From assembly GCF_006345805.1 (NCBI RefSeq), contig NW_021834269.1:1-50528 (forward strand): 50,528 nt of DNA. The letters are read 5' to 3'. Position numbers and translations under genes: made by a program. Below are positions 13,650 through 26,076 of the stretch, piece by piece. The notes below the pieces were generated by a model that saw only the letters and a program-made list of their open reading frames with translations, searched no databases and had not been told where the DNA came from. Origin of the DNA: Octopus sinensis. Lineage: Eukaryota. The first letter of the stretch is position 1. The number at the start of each line of letters is the position of its first letter.

Positions 13650-14005
13650 TCAGTCATTTGACTGCGGCCATGCAGGAGCTCAACCTTCAGTCGAACAAAT
13701 CGACTCCAGGACTTATTCTTTGTAAGCCTGGTACTTATTCTGTCGGTCTCTGTTGCCGAACCTCTAAGTTACGGGGACATAAACACATCAACTTCAGTTG
13801 TCAAACGATGGTGGAGGACAAACACACATATATATATATGCGACGGGATTCTTTCAGTTTCCGTCTACCAAATCCACTCACAAGACTTTGGTCAGCCCAA
13901 GGCTATAGTAGAATACACTTGCCCAAGGTGCCGCGCAGTTGGACTGAACCCGGGACCACGAGGTTAGTAAGTAAGCTTCTTGCCACACACCCACTCCTGT
14001 GCCTA
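13650..14005 (-). mobile_element. SINE with tRNA-like head (paralog 45115-45460, +)
   Basis: B-box-like CCGGGTTCAGTCC; conserved body ggcaccttgggcaagtg...ggtagacggaaactgaaagaa. Confidence 0.7.
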
Positions 14006-15089
14006 TAATGTATGTACTTGTCTCAGGATGATCTCAGGATTATCCTGTTGATAATTTTAATAATTATTTTAAAGTCTAAACAAAGCAAGTTAAGACATTA
14101 AACATACAGGTTGAAGGTTAGTTCTATTATCTGGTATTTCAACATTTTAGGGTCAGAACCTGTTCTTCTGGGAATCTACAGAGAAAAGTTGTTGATAAAT
14201 GATGTCTCTGCTTTGTAGTGTGTGTATGAATGGCTGTTTTCTCTAAAATTGTTTTGTTTAAATCGGATATGTTTTAAATATGCGAGCTACACTTGTTAAT
14301 TAAAACTGCTTCTTTTATCCTTAAGTTCCCATTCTTTCTTTCTGTAGATTCAGTGGCAACTTTGACGTCTTGGGTGCAGCATTTGCACAATTTTTTTTTT
14401 TTGACAGAAGAAGCGTTAGCATAGAAATGTTCTTGGATCTTTTCGGCAGTTTTTTTCTAGCTGTGTCATATGAAATTGTCACCCATAATTTGACCCTAGT
14501 ATCAATCTATTGCATTTCAATCTGTTTTAGAGTTAGGGTTAGGGGTGGGGGGAAGGATATCTTTTTTTTCTTCAGAAATGTAAATAAACCCAATCTGTTT
14601 CTTAAACGAGGGAATATTCATACAGCATGGAATGTTTTCACCTCAATAGATGTCATTGATTGGTTGAAATTGCAGAAATTGAAGAAAAAAAAACAACAAA
14701 TATCTTACAAACTATAGAATTTTCTCAATAAAGCCAAGAGAAAAAGATGTTTTATAAACACATTCTACCAGTATACGAAGTTTAAAAGTGTTTAGTTAAC
14801 TAGAAATTATTTTAAAACGCTGCTGTTCAAACCGAAAAGATCCATGTTCTTTAATGCTTATGAGAACCTTCATATTTCACGTTGAAGTATTGGTCGAGGG
14901 CCAATCTCTCTGCGAACACTTCGGTTTCGATGCCTTTTCTAAAAGCCTCATCTAACTTCCTCACTAGCTCTCCTTTTACTCTGTTTCTTTCAACTGCAAG
15001 TCCTTTGCAAGTCTGTTCTGATGGTCCTTTTCAGGGTGAACCACTATTTATAGTTGACAATTGCCTCAGTCAACGGCTTAACTAATTCA

Positions 15090-15665
15090 CTAATCCGGTC
15101 TCTGAAATCTTTGTGCACCGACGAAGGCGCGTTCAGCTTCCGGTAACCGGATCCATGTCTATGAAGCCTAAGTGGCTCGATTGTGGTCTATGTAGTTGAC
15201 TATTTTCAATTGTAGAAAACCTATACTATCCGTATCTGAAGGATACCCTATCGCAATACGATCTGCATGATCCGATGTGGTTTAACCAGCTCTACACTGG
15301 CACATAAAGGAAATTCAGTCGATACCTGTCAGACAGTTGGAATCATTTGGGCAAGTTTGCGGAGCTTTCTCACCCTCCTCCCCTATCTGCTAAGCCTACA
15401 AAGTCCCACCATACGTCTAAAATCCATTCTAATCTTCCACTAATACTAAGGAGTGGAACATTCCCAGGAAAGTTCCAGATGCCTGAAGAAACCTGGTCCT
15501 CCTGCTCCAATCGGGGCATAGACAGCAACTATGCCCTTCGATGTCAGTCGCGATCAGTACCACCGACTTACTTTCTGGATCCAGGAAGAACATCCGTATT
15601 GCAAGATCCAGATTTTTCCGAACCATCATGGCGACTCTACCTCCCGGACGACTTAGAGATGCATA
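15090..15665 (-). mobile_element. L1/Tx1 APE endonuclease fragment in the intron of copy A (paralog about 43470-44030, +)
   Basis: GGRVAMMVRKNLDLAIRMFFLDPE...LVLVED*NG matches degenerate APE motifs. Confidence 0.75.
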
Positions 15666-15970
15666 CACCGAGAGCATCGATGGATGGATGAATGTGCATC
15701 CAGGCTCAGCAGTTGAGTAGGAACAACAGAATAAAACAACTACCCAAGTGTGAGTACGATCCGTTTCGAGTGGGGCCAAGCAGTGTCCGTCCACTCAACA
15801 TCATTGGAAGTAGACAGATACTCATGTTGTAAAGGGATCAGAATAATGGAGACTGAAATAACCGTGATTTCCAATCGTACTTCTGCAGCAGACGGAAATA
15901 TCTACACCTTATTCCGTATTGTAACTATCACAGATTATACAGCAAAACAACAACTGAAATAAACACTTAC

Positions 15971-16057
15971 TCCTGCGGCTACCGTTGGACCATGGCGTGC
16001 TAATGCACCTGCAGCAGGCTTGAGAGCTTCAAAAGCAATGCGTGCAACTGGAAGCAT
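15971..16057 (-). CDS. Micro-protein copy A, first coding exon (MLPVARIAFEALKPAAGALARHGPTVAAG); whole exon is 15971-16071 including 14 nt of 5'UTR
   Basis: Minus strand reads polypyrimidine tttttgctcttctttcag|gtgaagttttgaatATG...GCAGGA|gtaagt. 87 nt = 29 codons, phase-0 donor. Splice sites and ATG are conserved in the paralog at 42809-42903. Confidence 0.8.
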
Positions 16058-17432
16058 ATTCAAAACTTCACCTGAAAGAAGAGCAAAAATAGCGTGAATA
16101 GTAATTTCTTAGAAGCAGAGTGTATGATATGTATATGAATTGACTATTATATAAATAAATTGATTAATCCGTGTATGTATTCTCCATTTTCTTTTTTGTA
16201 TTGTAATGAATTTTTTTTCCTCCAATAAAGAAAAGGTGAAAACATCTATAACGGCAACTGGAATTCCGGATCTTTTCCTTTTGAACAGCACATGTCTCAC
16301 CCTAACCCTTACCCTAACACTAACTCTAACACTAAATCTAAAATTGATTGAAATGCTAGGGCTATAATTATACCAGGGTTATAATTATGGGTGACAATTT
16401 CATACGACACCGCTACAAAAATGGGATTTTTTTCTAGCGGTGTCAAATGAAATTGTCACCTATAATTATAACACTAGTATCGATCTATTGCATTTCAATC
16501 TGTTTCAGGGTTAGGGTTAGGAGTGGGGAATGGGTATCTTTTTTTTCTTCGCAAATGTAAATAAACCCAATCTGTTTCTTAAACGAGGGACATATTCACA
16601 CACAGCACGGAATGTTTTCACCCCAAATGGAGGTCAGCGATTGGTTAAAATTGCCGAAATGCTTGAAATTAAAGTGGAAATATCTTACAAACTATAGAAT
16701 TTTCTCAATAAAGCCAAGAAAAAATGATGTTTTATAAACACATTCTACCAGTATACGAAGTTTAAAAGTATTTAGTTAACTAGAAATTGTGTTGACATCT
16801 GCCATTCAAAAGGAAAAGATCCGGAATTTCAAAAGGGTAAGGTACGAATATCAAAGACGAACCAACGATAAACAATGGATCATATTCGCATCTACAATTT
16901 CCAGTATCATTAATCGATATAGAGCTAAACTGGTGTACACTTTGATAAAATATATCTCTGGGAAAGGACAACCTCTTTCCATTCAAACTTATATATATGT
17001 CTGTGTGTGTGTGTAGTGGAGGCGCAATGGCCCAGTGGTAAGGACAGTGGACTTGCGGTTTCCATTCCCAGACCGGGCGTTAGAGTTTTCATTGAACAAA
17101 AACGCCTAAAGCTCCACGAGGCTCCAGCAGGGGATGGTGGCAACCCCTGCTGTACTCTTTCATCACAACTTTCTCTCACTCTTTGTTTCTGTTGTACTTG
17201 TATTTCAAAGGGCCAGCCTTGTCACACTCTGTGTTACGCTGAATCTCGCAGAGAACTACGTTAAGCGTACACATGTCTGTGGAGTGCTCAGCCACTTGCC
17301 CGTTAATTTCCCGAGTAGGCTGTTCCGTTGATCGGATAGTCCTCGCAATTTCAGCTGATTAATCTTGAGATTGTCCCTTTTTGTATCATCTAGTTGTCTG
17401 GATGTTTTGCGCTCTTGTTCCATTTTGTATTT

Positions 17433-17498
<66 letters not shown>

Positions 17499-18476
17499 CG
17501 AGCGACCACTAAATTTTGTACGACTTTTTCAACCTTTTCCCGCTTCATTCTTTCTTTCTCCCCCCCCTCTCTCTCACACATTTCTTTCCCTTTCTTACTC
17601 ATTTTTCGCTTTACTATGTCCCTGTCTCTCTTTTTCTCTCGCCACTCCTTGATTCTTCTGTCTATCTGCTTCTACAACTCTCTCTCGCTCTTGCTCTCTC
17701 TTCTCCCCCTCCTTAATTCTTTTGTTCCTCTTTTTCTCTCTCTTCTCTTCTAACGTGACCTATAGGCCAGACTGCTAGCCCTTTTGCGTCTGACCATGGT
17801 CACTGCCACATCGATATTCTTCCCTCTGCCGTAAAGCTTCATATCTACACATGCCAGCTGAATTCATTTGTTCCCAGTTGAAAGACACTTGTTGTTATGT
17901 CCTGTTATTATTATTATTATTATTATTATTTTTATTGTATTTTTGTATTTTTATTCGTGTAAAATCGTCTGTTTTTTCGTCCTTGTTTTCGTATACATTT
18001 GATGCTTTTTTCCAAGGAATCACTTAGCTTAGTTTTTCCTTGGGGCTAGGCAGATTGAAGCAATCTCAAGATTAATCAGCCGAAATTGCGAGGATGATCT
18101 TTTTCTTGACTGAGGATAAAAGGCTTCAAATGACCTGTCCTTGTTTTTTTTTATCGCCTATCTGGATGTTTTGTTGTCCCTTTTTGTATCACCTAGTTGT
18201 CCGAATGTTTTTCATTCTTGTCCCATTTTATATTCTATTTGATATATATAATATATATTATATATATATATATAGGGAAAGTTTACGAAAATAAACAAAA
18301 GTTGAAGGCAGGTGGAGTACAAACAAACAAATGTATTAGTATAGCGCTCAGGAATAGAAAAGTCTTTTACTTTTCGAGCCTACGCTCTTCGACAGAAAGA
18401 TACACAGAAAAAAAACAAGGTGAGAAAAAATGCGTGTAGTAGCTAACGATAGCAGCATACGTACACTTTGTTCTCT

Positions 18477-18554
<78 letters not shown>

Positions 18555-18564
18555 TATTCGTAAA

Positions 18565-19196
18565 AAAAGAAGAAGTTCGAAAATGCTGCTATATTATACA
18601 ATTATTAATTTTTATATATACATTATAACATGTTTCAGTTCCTGAAATGAACCTTATCAAAAAAGTTATATATAAAAAAAAGACAGCTCATGCAGTCAAA
18701 CACAAAAATTCATTTATAATACTCAACGGAGTCAGACATCTTAAAGTTTTGATATATGTTTGAAGTATGTTCATTCATGCTATATGTTCAAAGTGTTCGA
18801 TATGTATACATATATATATAATAATAATAATAAATTAGGGAGCAAATCCAAACTTACAGGGAAAATTAGATTTAGGATTAAATCCAATTTTATAGTATAA
18901 ATATATATTATATTAAATTAGAAATAAAACCACTATTAGGCAAATCAAACAGTGAAAATCATAAGCCAATACATAGAAATAAAATTAATCAAAAAATATA
19001 AAATATAAAATATAAAATATAAAATTCCAAATTAAAATATTTAAATTAAAGTTAAAATTTTAAAAATTATTTAAATAATTTAAACTTATAAATTTTAAAT
19101 ATAAATATATATATATATTTTTTTTTTTCTAGTTTCAGCTCAGAGCTGCGGCCATGCTGAGGCACAGTATAAGGTGTGAAATAAAGATGTTCGGTG

Positions 19197-19247
<51 letters not shown>

Positions 19248-19707
19248 CCCATTCCTGCATGATAAAGAGAAATTAAATTATGATATTGTAGATATATATA
19301 TATATAAAGTATACATATATATGCACACATATGTATGTTCATCCCACCCATGCCAGCATGGAAGTCAGACATTAAACGATAATATATATATATGCTGTTA
19401 CCACTGCCGCCGGACTGGCCCCCGTACAGGTAGCAGGTAAAAAACACCTTATGAGCGTGGTCGCTGCCAGAACCACCTGACTGACCTTCATTCCAGTGGC
19501 ATGTAAAAGCACCCACTACACTCTCGGAGTGGTTGGCGTTAGGAAGGGCATCCAGCTGTAGAAACTTTGCCAGGTCAGACTGGAGCCTAGTGCTGCCTCT
19601 GGCTCACCAGTCCTCAGTCAAAGCATCCAACCCATGCCAGCATGGAAAGCAGACATTAACGACGATGACGCCGCCGACGATATATACGGATATATATATA
19701 TACATAT

Positions 19708-19765
<58 letters not shown>

Positions 19766-21000
19766 ATATATATATGGAAATGTATGGATATATATATACA
19801 TATATATCCATACATACATGTGTGTGTGTATATATATATATATGACAACGCAACCTTCACACAACGCCAAAATAAAGAACTATATTCATAAAAAAATTTA
19901 GACCAAGTTTAAACACCCTGGGCCAGGAATACTAAAACAAAAGATAAGTCCTCCGAAAAGGAGAAGCAAAATTCCACCACGGCCGCTACTTCAAACAGAC
20001 ACTCACTCTGACGGAAATATGCCTAAGTAAAAAAGGAAAAAAATTCTTTCGTGCAAATCTGACCCTGATACATACGATACAGCTAAGGGTCAGACCCGAT
20101 TCTGATTGGTCAACAAGTTGATGACGTCTAGCTCAGCTAGAATGGACAGGATACAAACAGGGGACAGTCATTAGTCAGAATATTGATGACGTCCTTTTCT
20201 GCTTGAATAGTCACCTAACAAGTACAGACAGGGGGCAGATCTAATGTAGCTATAAGTCGTGATTGGGCAGAATCTGCATGACGTCCCGTTCTGCTTGACT
20301 AACGAAGCGACTGGTCAAAACAGGAAACAAACAAGAGGCAGTTATAATGCAGCGATTGGTCAAAATAATGATAACGTCCCGTTCCACTTGACTAACGAAG
20401 CGACTGGTCAAAACAGGAAACAAACAAGAGGTAGTTATAATGCAGCGATTGGTCAAAATAATGATGACGTCCCGTTCTACTTGACTAAAGCCACCTAACG
20501 AAACGATTGGTCAAAACGTTGATGACGTCACGCTACGCTGGATTGACCACCTAACAGGCATTATAAAACCGAGCACTTCACAAAAACTCATTAGACCCAC
20601 CCAGCGAACATCCACCATGGGTCATCACATTTGCTTAAGGTAAAAATGAATTCCTCGCTCTTTCGGAAACATCAATCTTATGTATTGACCGCTTTCCACC
20701 ACTTTGATCTGTTTTTTGTATTGAATTCGTATCGCCACCGTGGGCCACTGCATCGAACACTTTGAACATATACTTCAAACTATATATCAACTATACATGA
20801 ACTATATATCAACTATACATGAACTCTAGATGTCTGACTCCGTTGTGTATTATAAATGAATTTCTTGTGTTTGACGGCATGAGCTGTCTTTTTTATATAA
20901 CTTTTTTTGATAAAGTTCATTTCAGGAACTGAAACATGTTATAATGTATATATAAAAATTAAAAATTGTATAATACAGCAGCATTTTCGAACTTCATTTT
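18565..21000. mobile_element. Probable Penelope-like remnant bounded by inverted repeats between (TA)n tracts, with nested inserts; mostly left-arm specific
   Basis: 18565-18665 is the reverse complement of 20905-21000; internal 93-bp tandem repeats; weak GIY-YIG-like remnant near 19860-20040. Confidence 0.45.
20281..20500 (+). repeat. 93-bp tandem repeat (about 2.4 units) rich in ATTGG (CCAAT) and TGACGT motifs
   Basis: Unit starts acgtcccgtt at 20281, 20374 and 20467. Confidence 0.9.
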
Positions 21001-21002
21001 TT

Positions 21003-21045
<43 letters not shown>

Positions 21046-23559
21046 TATAAATGAGGATAAGATCGTTAATTTAAAATAAAATAATGAACTTATCAAGTGG
21101 TCCGTATGGAAAAAATAACCTTCAAAGGTAATAATCATAAAAATTATAAATTAGGGTATCTACGAGATACCACAATGCTGAAAAAATATATATATATATC
21201 TTTATATATATAAAACTGAGAATGTGTGTCTGTCTGTCTGTCTGTCTGTGTGTTTCCCTAAAACTTGAGAACTACAACACAACCAATTTCATTTCAATTT
21301 TACACATGCCTTACTTAGGGTCCGGGGAGTGTCATCGGCAAAAATAATGTTGAACTTTTTGCCTAGGGCGAGCCCACAGCAATATCATATCTTCTCCACT
21401 ATGATTCCCTAAAACTTGAGAACTACACAACCAATTCCATTCAAATTTTACACATGCCTTATTTAAGGTCCATGTAGTTTCATGGGCAAAAAACAAATGT
21501 TCAACGTCTTGCTTAGAGTGAGCCCATAGCAATATCATATCTTCTCCACTATTTAAGTATTACGTGTTAAAAGAGAAACAAAAACGTTTCTCTATTTTAT
21601 GTCAGATACTTTCACTTTAACAATAAAAATAATAATAACAATTGAATTATATGTAGTAAGTAATAATTAAAATCAAACTAAAGTAACATAACAAAAGTAA
21701 AAATAGCAATTGGTATAAAATTGCATCAATGATTTGAACTTGAATAAGTGGCTTCACATGAATGGGAATAATTAAAAATAAAATTAGTGTGCAGAAATGG
21801 AATAAAAAATTAAATTAAAGAAAAGACTATTGTGTATAAAGTATACAATGTAGAGAAAAAAGAAGATTTGAAAACATGAAGGAAAGCACCTTCGAAAAGT
21901 GTCTTGGTGCGACTATGAAACGTATCTAATCAGAGGCGGTAAATTCGCCACAATAGAAGCAAGGTTCGAGTCAACGGAGCTTGCAAGGGAGTACTCGACT
22001 CGGACTTGCAAAGTGGAAATATTTTACTTTTAGCTTTATATCTGGGATGTAGGACGTCCAGGAAAAAATTAAAAATGCATCCCCCCCACCAAAAGTAGAG
22101 GTAGGCTGGATTGTAGCCACACTTCTATACAAGAGGGAGGACAAGATACAATTCATCGAAATTACAAGAGACAAGCTAACAATTCCAGTCTGTTATATAT
22201 TTTGAGTATTGTTATCACTAGCGATATCAAGATATAACTTAGTATTTTGTATTTTATGTGTAGATGTATATATATATAGATGTACGTGTAATATGTACAC
22301 ATATATACATATATATACATGCACTAGCACTATGACCTGGCAACGAAGCTTAATTGTTACTGGTGATGTGATCGAATGTGACTTTTTATCCCAGCCAAAG
22401 ATCTACAATGTCTTGTACAGAATTAGAAAGTAAAACCTTTACTGGTAATAGCCGGCTGTAGTTGTAACTGGGCTTCATGTACCTTTGCATATCGTTTAAG
22501 TCCTCCTGCCGAATTACACTCTCTTCCACATGCCCGACAGATATGATTAGTATGGTGTGTTACACCACCATCAGTGACCAGATCTGTCTCGTTTTATGAC
22601 TACGAAGATGACTCATGAGTCCAGCTTTACTGAGGCAGTCTTACACAGACATTGCATGTCAGCATCAAAGGAAGACCCTTCCCTTCTGGAAGTGTAACAG
22701 CGATGCCCTTCCTGACATCCCTCCTTACTTTCTCATGTGCAACTCGAAATTTCTCAAAGTGGCTGTCCCCTCGTGCACAATCCTTCTCCACCTGCTACGA
22801 TCAATAGCTATGTCTTCCTATGTGTCACGAGAGATGCAACCATCTCTTAAGGAAACCTTCAGCAAGTCCTTATACCTCTTTTTTGGTTTATGTGGAGGTC
22901 ATTCTCCTTTAGCTAACTCTCCATAAAAGAGTTGTTTTGGTATCCTTGAATCCTTCATCCTGACCAGATGACCAACCATCTGAGCCTACAAACATAAATA
23001 CATACATACATACATACATACATACATACATACATACATACATACATACATACATACATACATAGGTAGATAGATAGATATAAATAGATAGATAGACAGA
23101 CAGACAGACCAGCAATTAGCGTGGGGAAAGGAAGAGAGAGAAAGCTAGAAAGACAAATATATGAGTGTAGCAGTAAGTGAATTAATATGATAACAAAGTG
23201 GGTCCCCACACAGATTGAAGCTCATGACCTTCACCTGCGAAGGGGAAGGAGAGGCGGCGAGTTGGCAGAATTGTTAGCAACACCGGGCTTAAATGCTTAG
23301 CGTTATTTTGCCCATGTCTACGTTCTGAGTTCAAATTTCCCCGAGGTTGACTTTGCCTTTCATCCCTCCGGGGTCGATAAACTAAGTGTTAGTGAAACAG
23401 TAGGGTCGATGTAATCAACTAGTCCCCTCCTTGCAAATTTCAGGCTTTGTACCTTAAGGTAGAAAGGATTATTTTTAATTATTTCCTGTTGTTTTTTAAT
23501 TTACCATTTGTATGTTATTATTTTACATTATTTGTTCCATATTTTCTTTAATCTTCGTC

Positions 23560-24360
23560 ATCTATCTTGCATTGAATTTACGCATTGCGTTTGCATATAT
23601 GCATACATACGTGTATATAATTACATATGTATACCTTTGCACACATCATCTACACACAAATGTATATATGTATGTATTTTTATTTCGTGATTTCTTCCAA
23701 TAGAAAAAGAATCACTTTCTAACCTAGATCTATGGCTCCTTCATTGGAATTTCAACATCAGCAACAATATATTTTTGCATGGATTTGTGTATATGTGCAG
23801 GATTTGGAGTCAGTGTGTGTGCAGATTTGTTCATTTGTTTAATATATGTATTCTCATGCATATAGAGACATACACTTATATACTTCAATGATAAACTTCT
23901 GGAAAGTTTTACAGATTTTTACAGTTTCAGAGAGAGCTTGTCTCTCTGTAGTCTTCGAATCAGCTGTAGTCTTCGAAGAAGTGAGTCTGGTGATGTGCCG
24001 AGCAATTGTTGAGAAACAAAACTGTAATGTCAGCGGTGCAGGAACATAGGAGGAACCTAGTTTCAATGTGGTTGGACTACAAGAAAGTCATCTTTTCCTT
24101 TTGAACGGCACTTTGTAACATAATTTCTAGGTAACTAAAAAGTTTTAAACTTCGTATACTGGTAGAATGTATTTATAAAACATCATTTTCTCTTGGCTTT
24201 ATTAAGAATTTTCTATAGGTTGTAACATATTCCATCTAAAATTTCTTGCATTTCGGCAATTTTAACCAATCAATTACCTCCATTGACGTAAATAACATTC
24301 TGTGCATAATGAATATGTCCCTCCTTTAAGAAACAGATTGGGTTTATTTACATTTGTGTA
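23560..24360 (+). repeat. Direct duplicate of 6312-6712 fused to 8512-8890
   Basis: Colinear identity, junction at 23960-23980. Confidence 0.9.
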
Positions 24361-24394
24361 AACCACTTGTGAGACGCTCTAATTGTTGTCAAAA

Positions 24395-24600
24395 ACCGTT
24401 AAAGGGTGGACTAGGATGCCGTGGCTAATGATGCGCAGAAATGCGCTGAGGTTAAGGCATCTGTGGCTCCATCTGGATGATGAACGGGTGTGGTCTCCGT
24501 TGGCGAAACAGATGTTTCCCAAGTTCACCAGTTTTGGTGGACGGGAAGCCTGGTATAATCGCAGATCGAAGTTGGGTTCATGGTACACGGAGTGTCTAGT
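24395..24600 (+). mobile_element. L1/Tx1 post-RT fragment interrupted by the Gypsy LTR
   Basis: MPWLMMRRNALRLRHLWLHLDDERVWSPL is similar to the ORF at 11499-11825. Confidence 0.65.
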
Positions 24601-25480
24601 TGTAATGCCTTGTCATCCGAAAATGTATAATCATCATCAAATTTTTAATTGACCCCAAATGTATTATTATGTAAAATCATTCGTGATTGTTTTGTCCATA
24701 GTTGTTGAACCGAAATGGTGACCAAAGAAAAAGCAGTTGGCTTTTTGGCCCTCGACTGATGTAAATCGTGTCCCTCTCGCCTGCCTCGCTCGCCACTCAC
24801 GCCTGAAATAAATCGCTGTATAAACTTACACCTCTTGTCTGACCGTCATTTCAACTACTGCTTTCGTCTGTCCAGTTTTACTGATTACGACCACAGTCCT
24901 TTTCAGGGCTATTTCAAGTCTGATCTGAATGCGATAACAGTCCTTTTTAGGACTATTCTTGGATCGGATCTAATTGCGACAACAGTCCTGTTAACGGCTA
25001 CCCTCGGATCAGACCAGAAGTAGTGGCCAAGAATCATACCCGCTACAATTGGTGACCCCGACGTGATAGGAAGCGAACAGCATATCAAGAATCAGCATGG
25101 ACACGCCAAAACCAACAACAGAGGCCGATATACCAACCACGCAAGCAGCTTTAACCATGAAGGTCACGGTTTTTTGGTCCAACGACCCAGCCCTGTGGTT
25201 CGTCCACATAGAAGCACAATTCGCCGCGAATAGAATCAAGCACGACTCTGCAAAACTCACGCACATCATTGGGTCAGTCCCACCAGAAGTATTGGCTGAG
25301 GTGAGAGACCTAGTCATGGCACCGCCAGGCACGGTGTCGTACGAAGCTTTCCGCAAGGAATTAATAATGCGAACTACTGCATCACAGCAGAGACGACTCA
25401 ACCAACTCGTGTCTGCAGAAGAGTTGGGGGACTGAAAACCGTCCCAACTGCTGTGTAGAATGAGACAGCGGATGGAGGAA
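24601..25480 (+). mobile_element. Truncated Ty3/Gypsy element: 5' LTR (about 24601-25047), tRNA-Trp PBS (25050-25067), gag N-terminus
   Basis: TGGTGACCCCGACGTGAT is complementary to the 3' end of tRNA-Trp. ORF 25097-25435 has the gag-type motif FW..DPALWF..IEAQF...EELGD(R)KPSQLL, with an in-frame stop; cut off by an RTE 3' end. Confidence 0.85.
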
Positions 25481-25481
25481 A

Positions 25482-26070
25482 ATGTGTGAAAATGTGCCAC
25501 ACCCTAGCGGTTGAGGGAACCTGTGGAAGAGGTAGACCCAGGAAAACCTGGGATGAGGTGGTGAGGCATGACCTTCGCTCTTTAGGTCTCACCAAGGTAA
25601 TGACCAGAGACCGAGACCTTTGGAAGTATGCTGTGCGTGAGAAGACCTGGCAGGACAAGTGAGACCATAACCCGTGTCCTCTACCTGGGACGTAGTCTCT
25701 ACCATGGCCTCTACCTGTGAAGACCTGTTGAGGCAAGTGAAAACCAAAATCAAAATCGAAATCGATGAACATCAATGGAATTTGTAGTTATGATACCAGT
25801 GCCGGTGGCACGTAAGAGATTCATCCGAACATGGCCGTAGCCAGCGCCGCCCTGACTGGCCTCCGATCGTGGCCGTTGCCAGCCTCGCCTTGCCTCCGTG
25901 CCGGTGGCATGTAAAAAGCACCATCCGTGTATGGCCATTTGCCAGCCTCGTCTGGCACCTGTGTCGGTTGCATGTAAAAAGCACCCACAACACTCACGGA
26001 GTGGTTGGCATTAGGAAGGGCATCCAGCTGTAGAAACACTGCCAGATTTGACTGGGCCTGGTGCAGCCTT
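25482..26070 (+). mobile_element. 5'-truncated RTE LINE 3' end (same family as 31085-32190)
   Basis: Near-identical reverse complement of about 31170-31780. Confidence 0.85.
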
Positions 26071-26076
26071 CTTTAA

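Larger units (their letters stand above)
11585..23250. repeat. Left arm of large inverted segmental duplication
   Basis: Reverse-complement matches to 36400-50150 along its length (e.g. 11970-12030 vs 49705-49770; 15750-15962 vs 42912-43124; 21560-22330 vs 38200-38990), with arm-specific indels. Confidence 0.95.

Noticed and set aside
16830-16990. Slightly elevated arm-to-arm divergence (about 10 differences in 170 nt) as a possible extra exon
   Set aside because: No convincing acceptor/donor pair on the gene strand and no codon-position bias.
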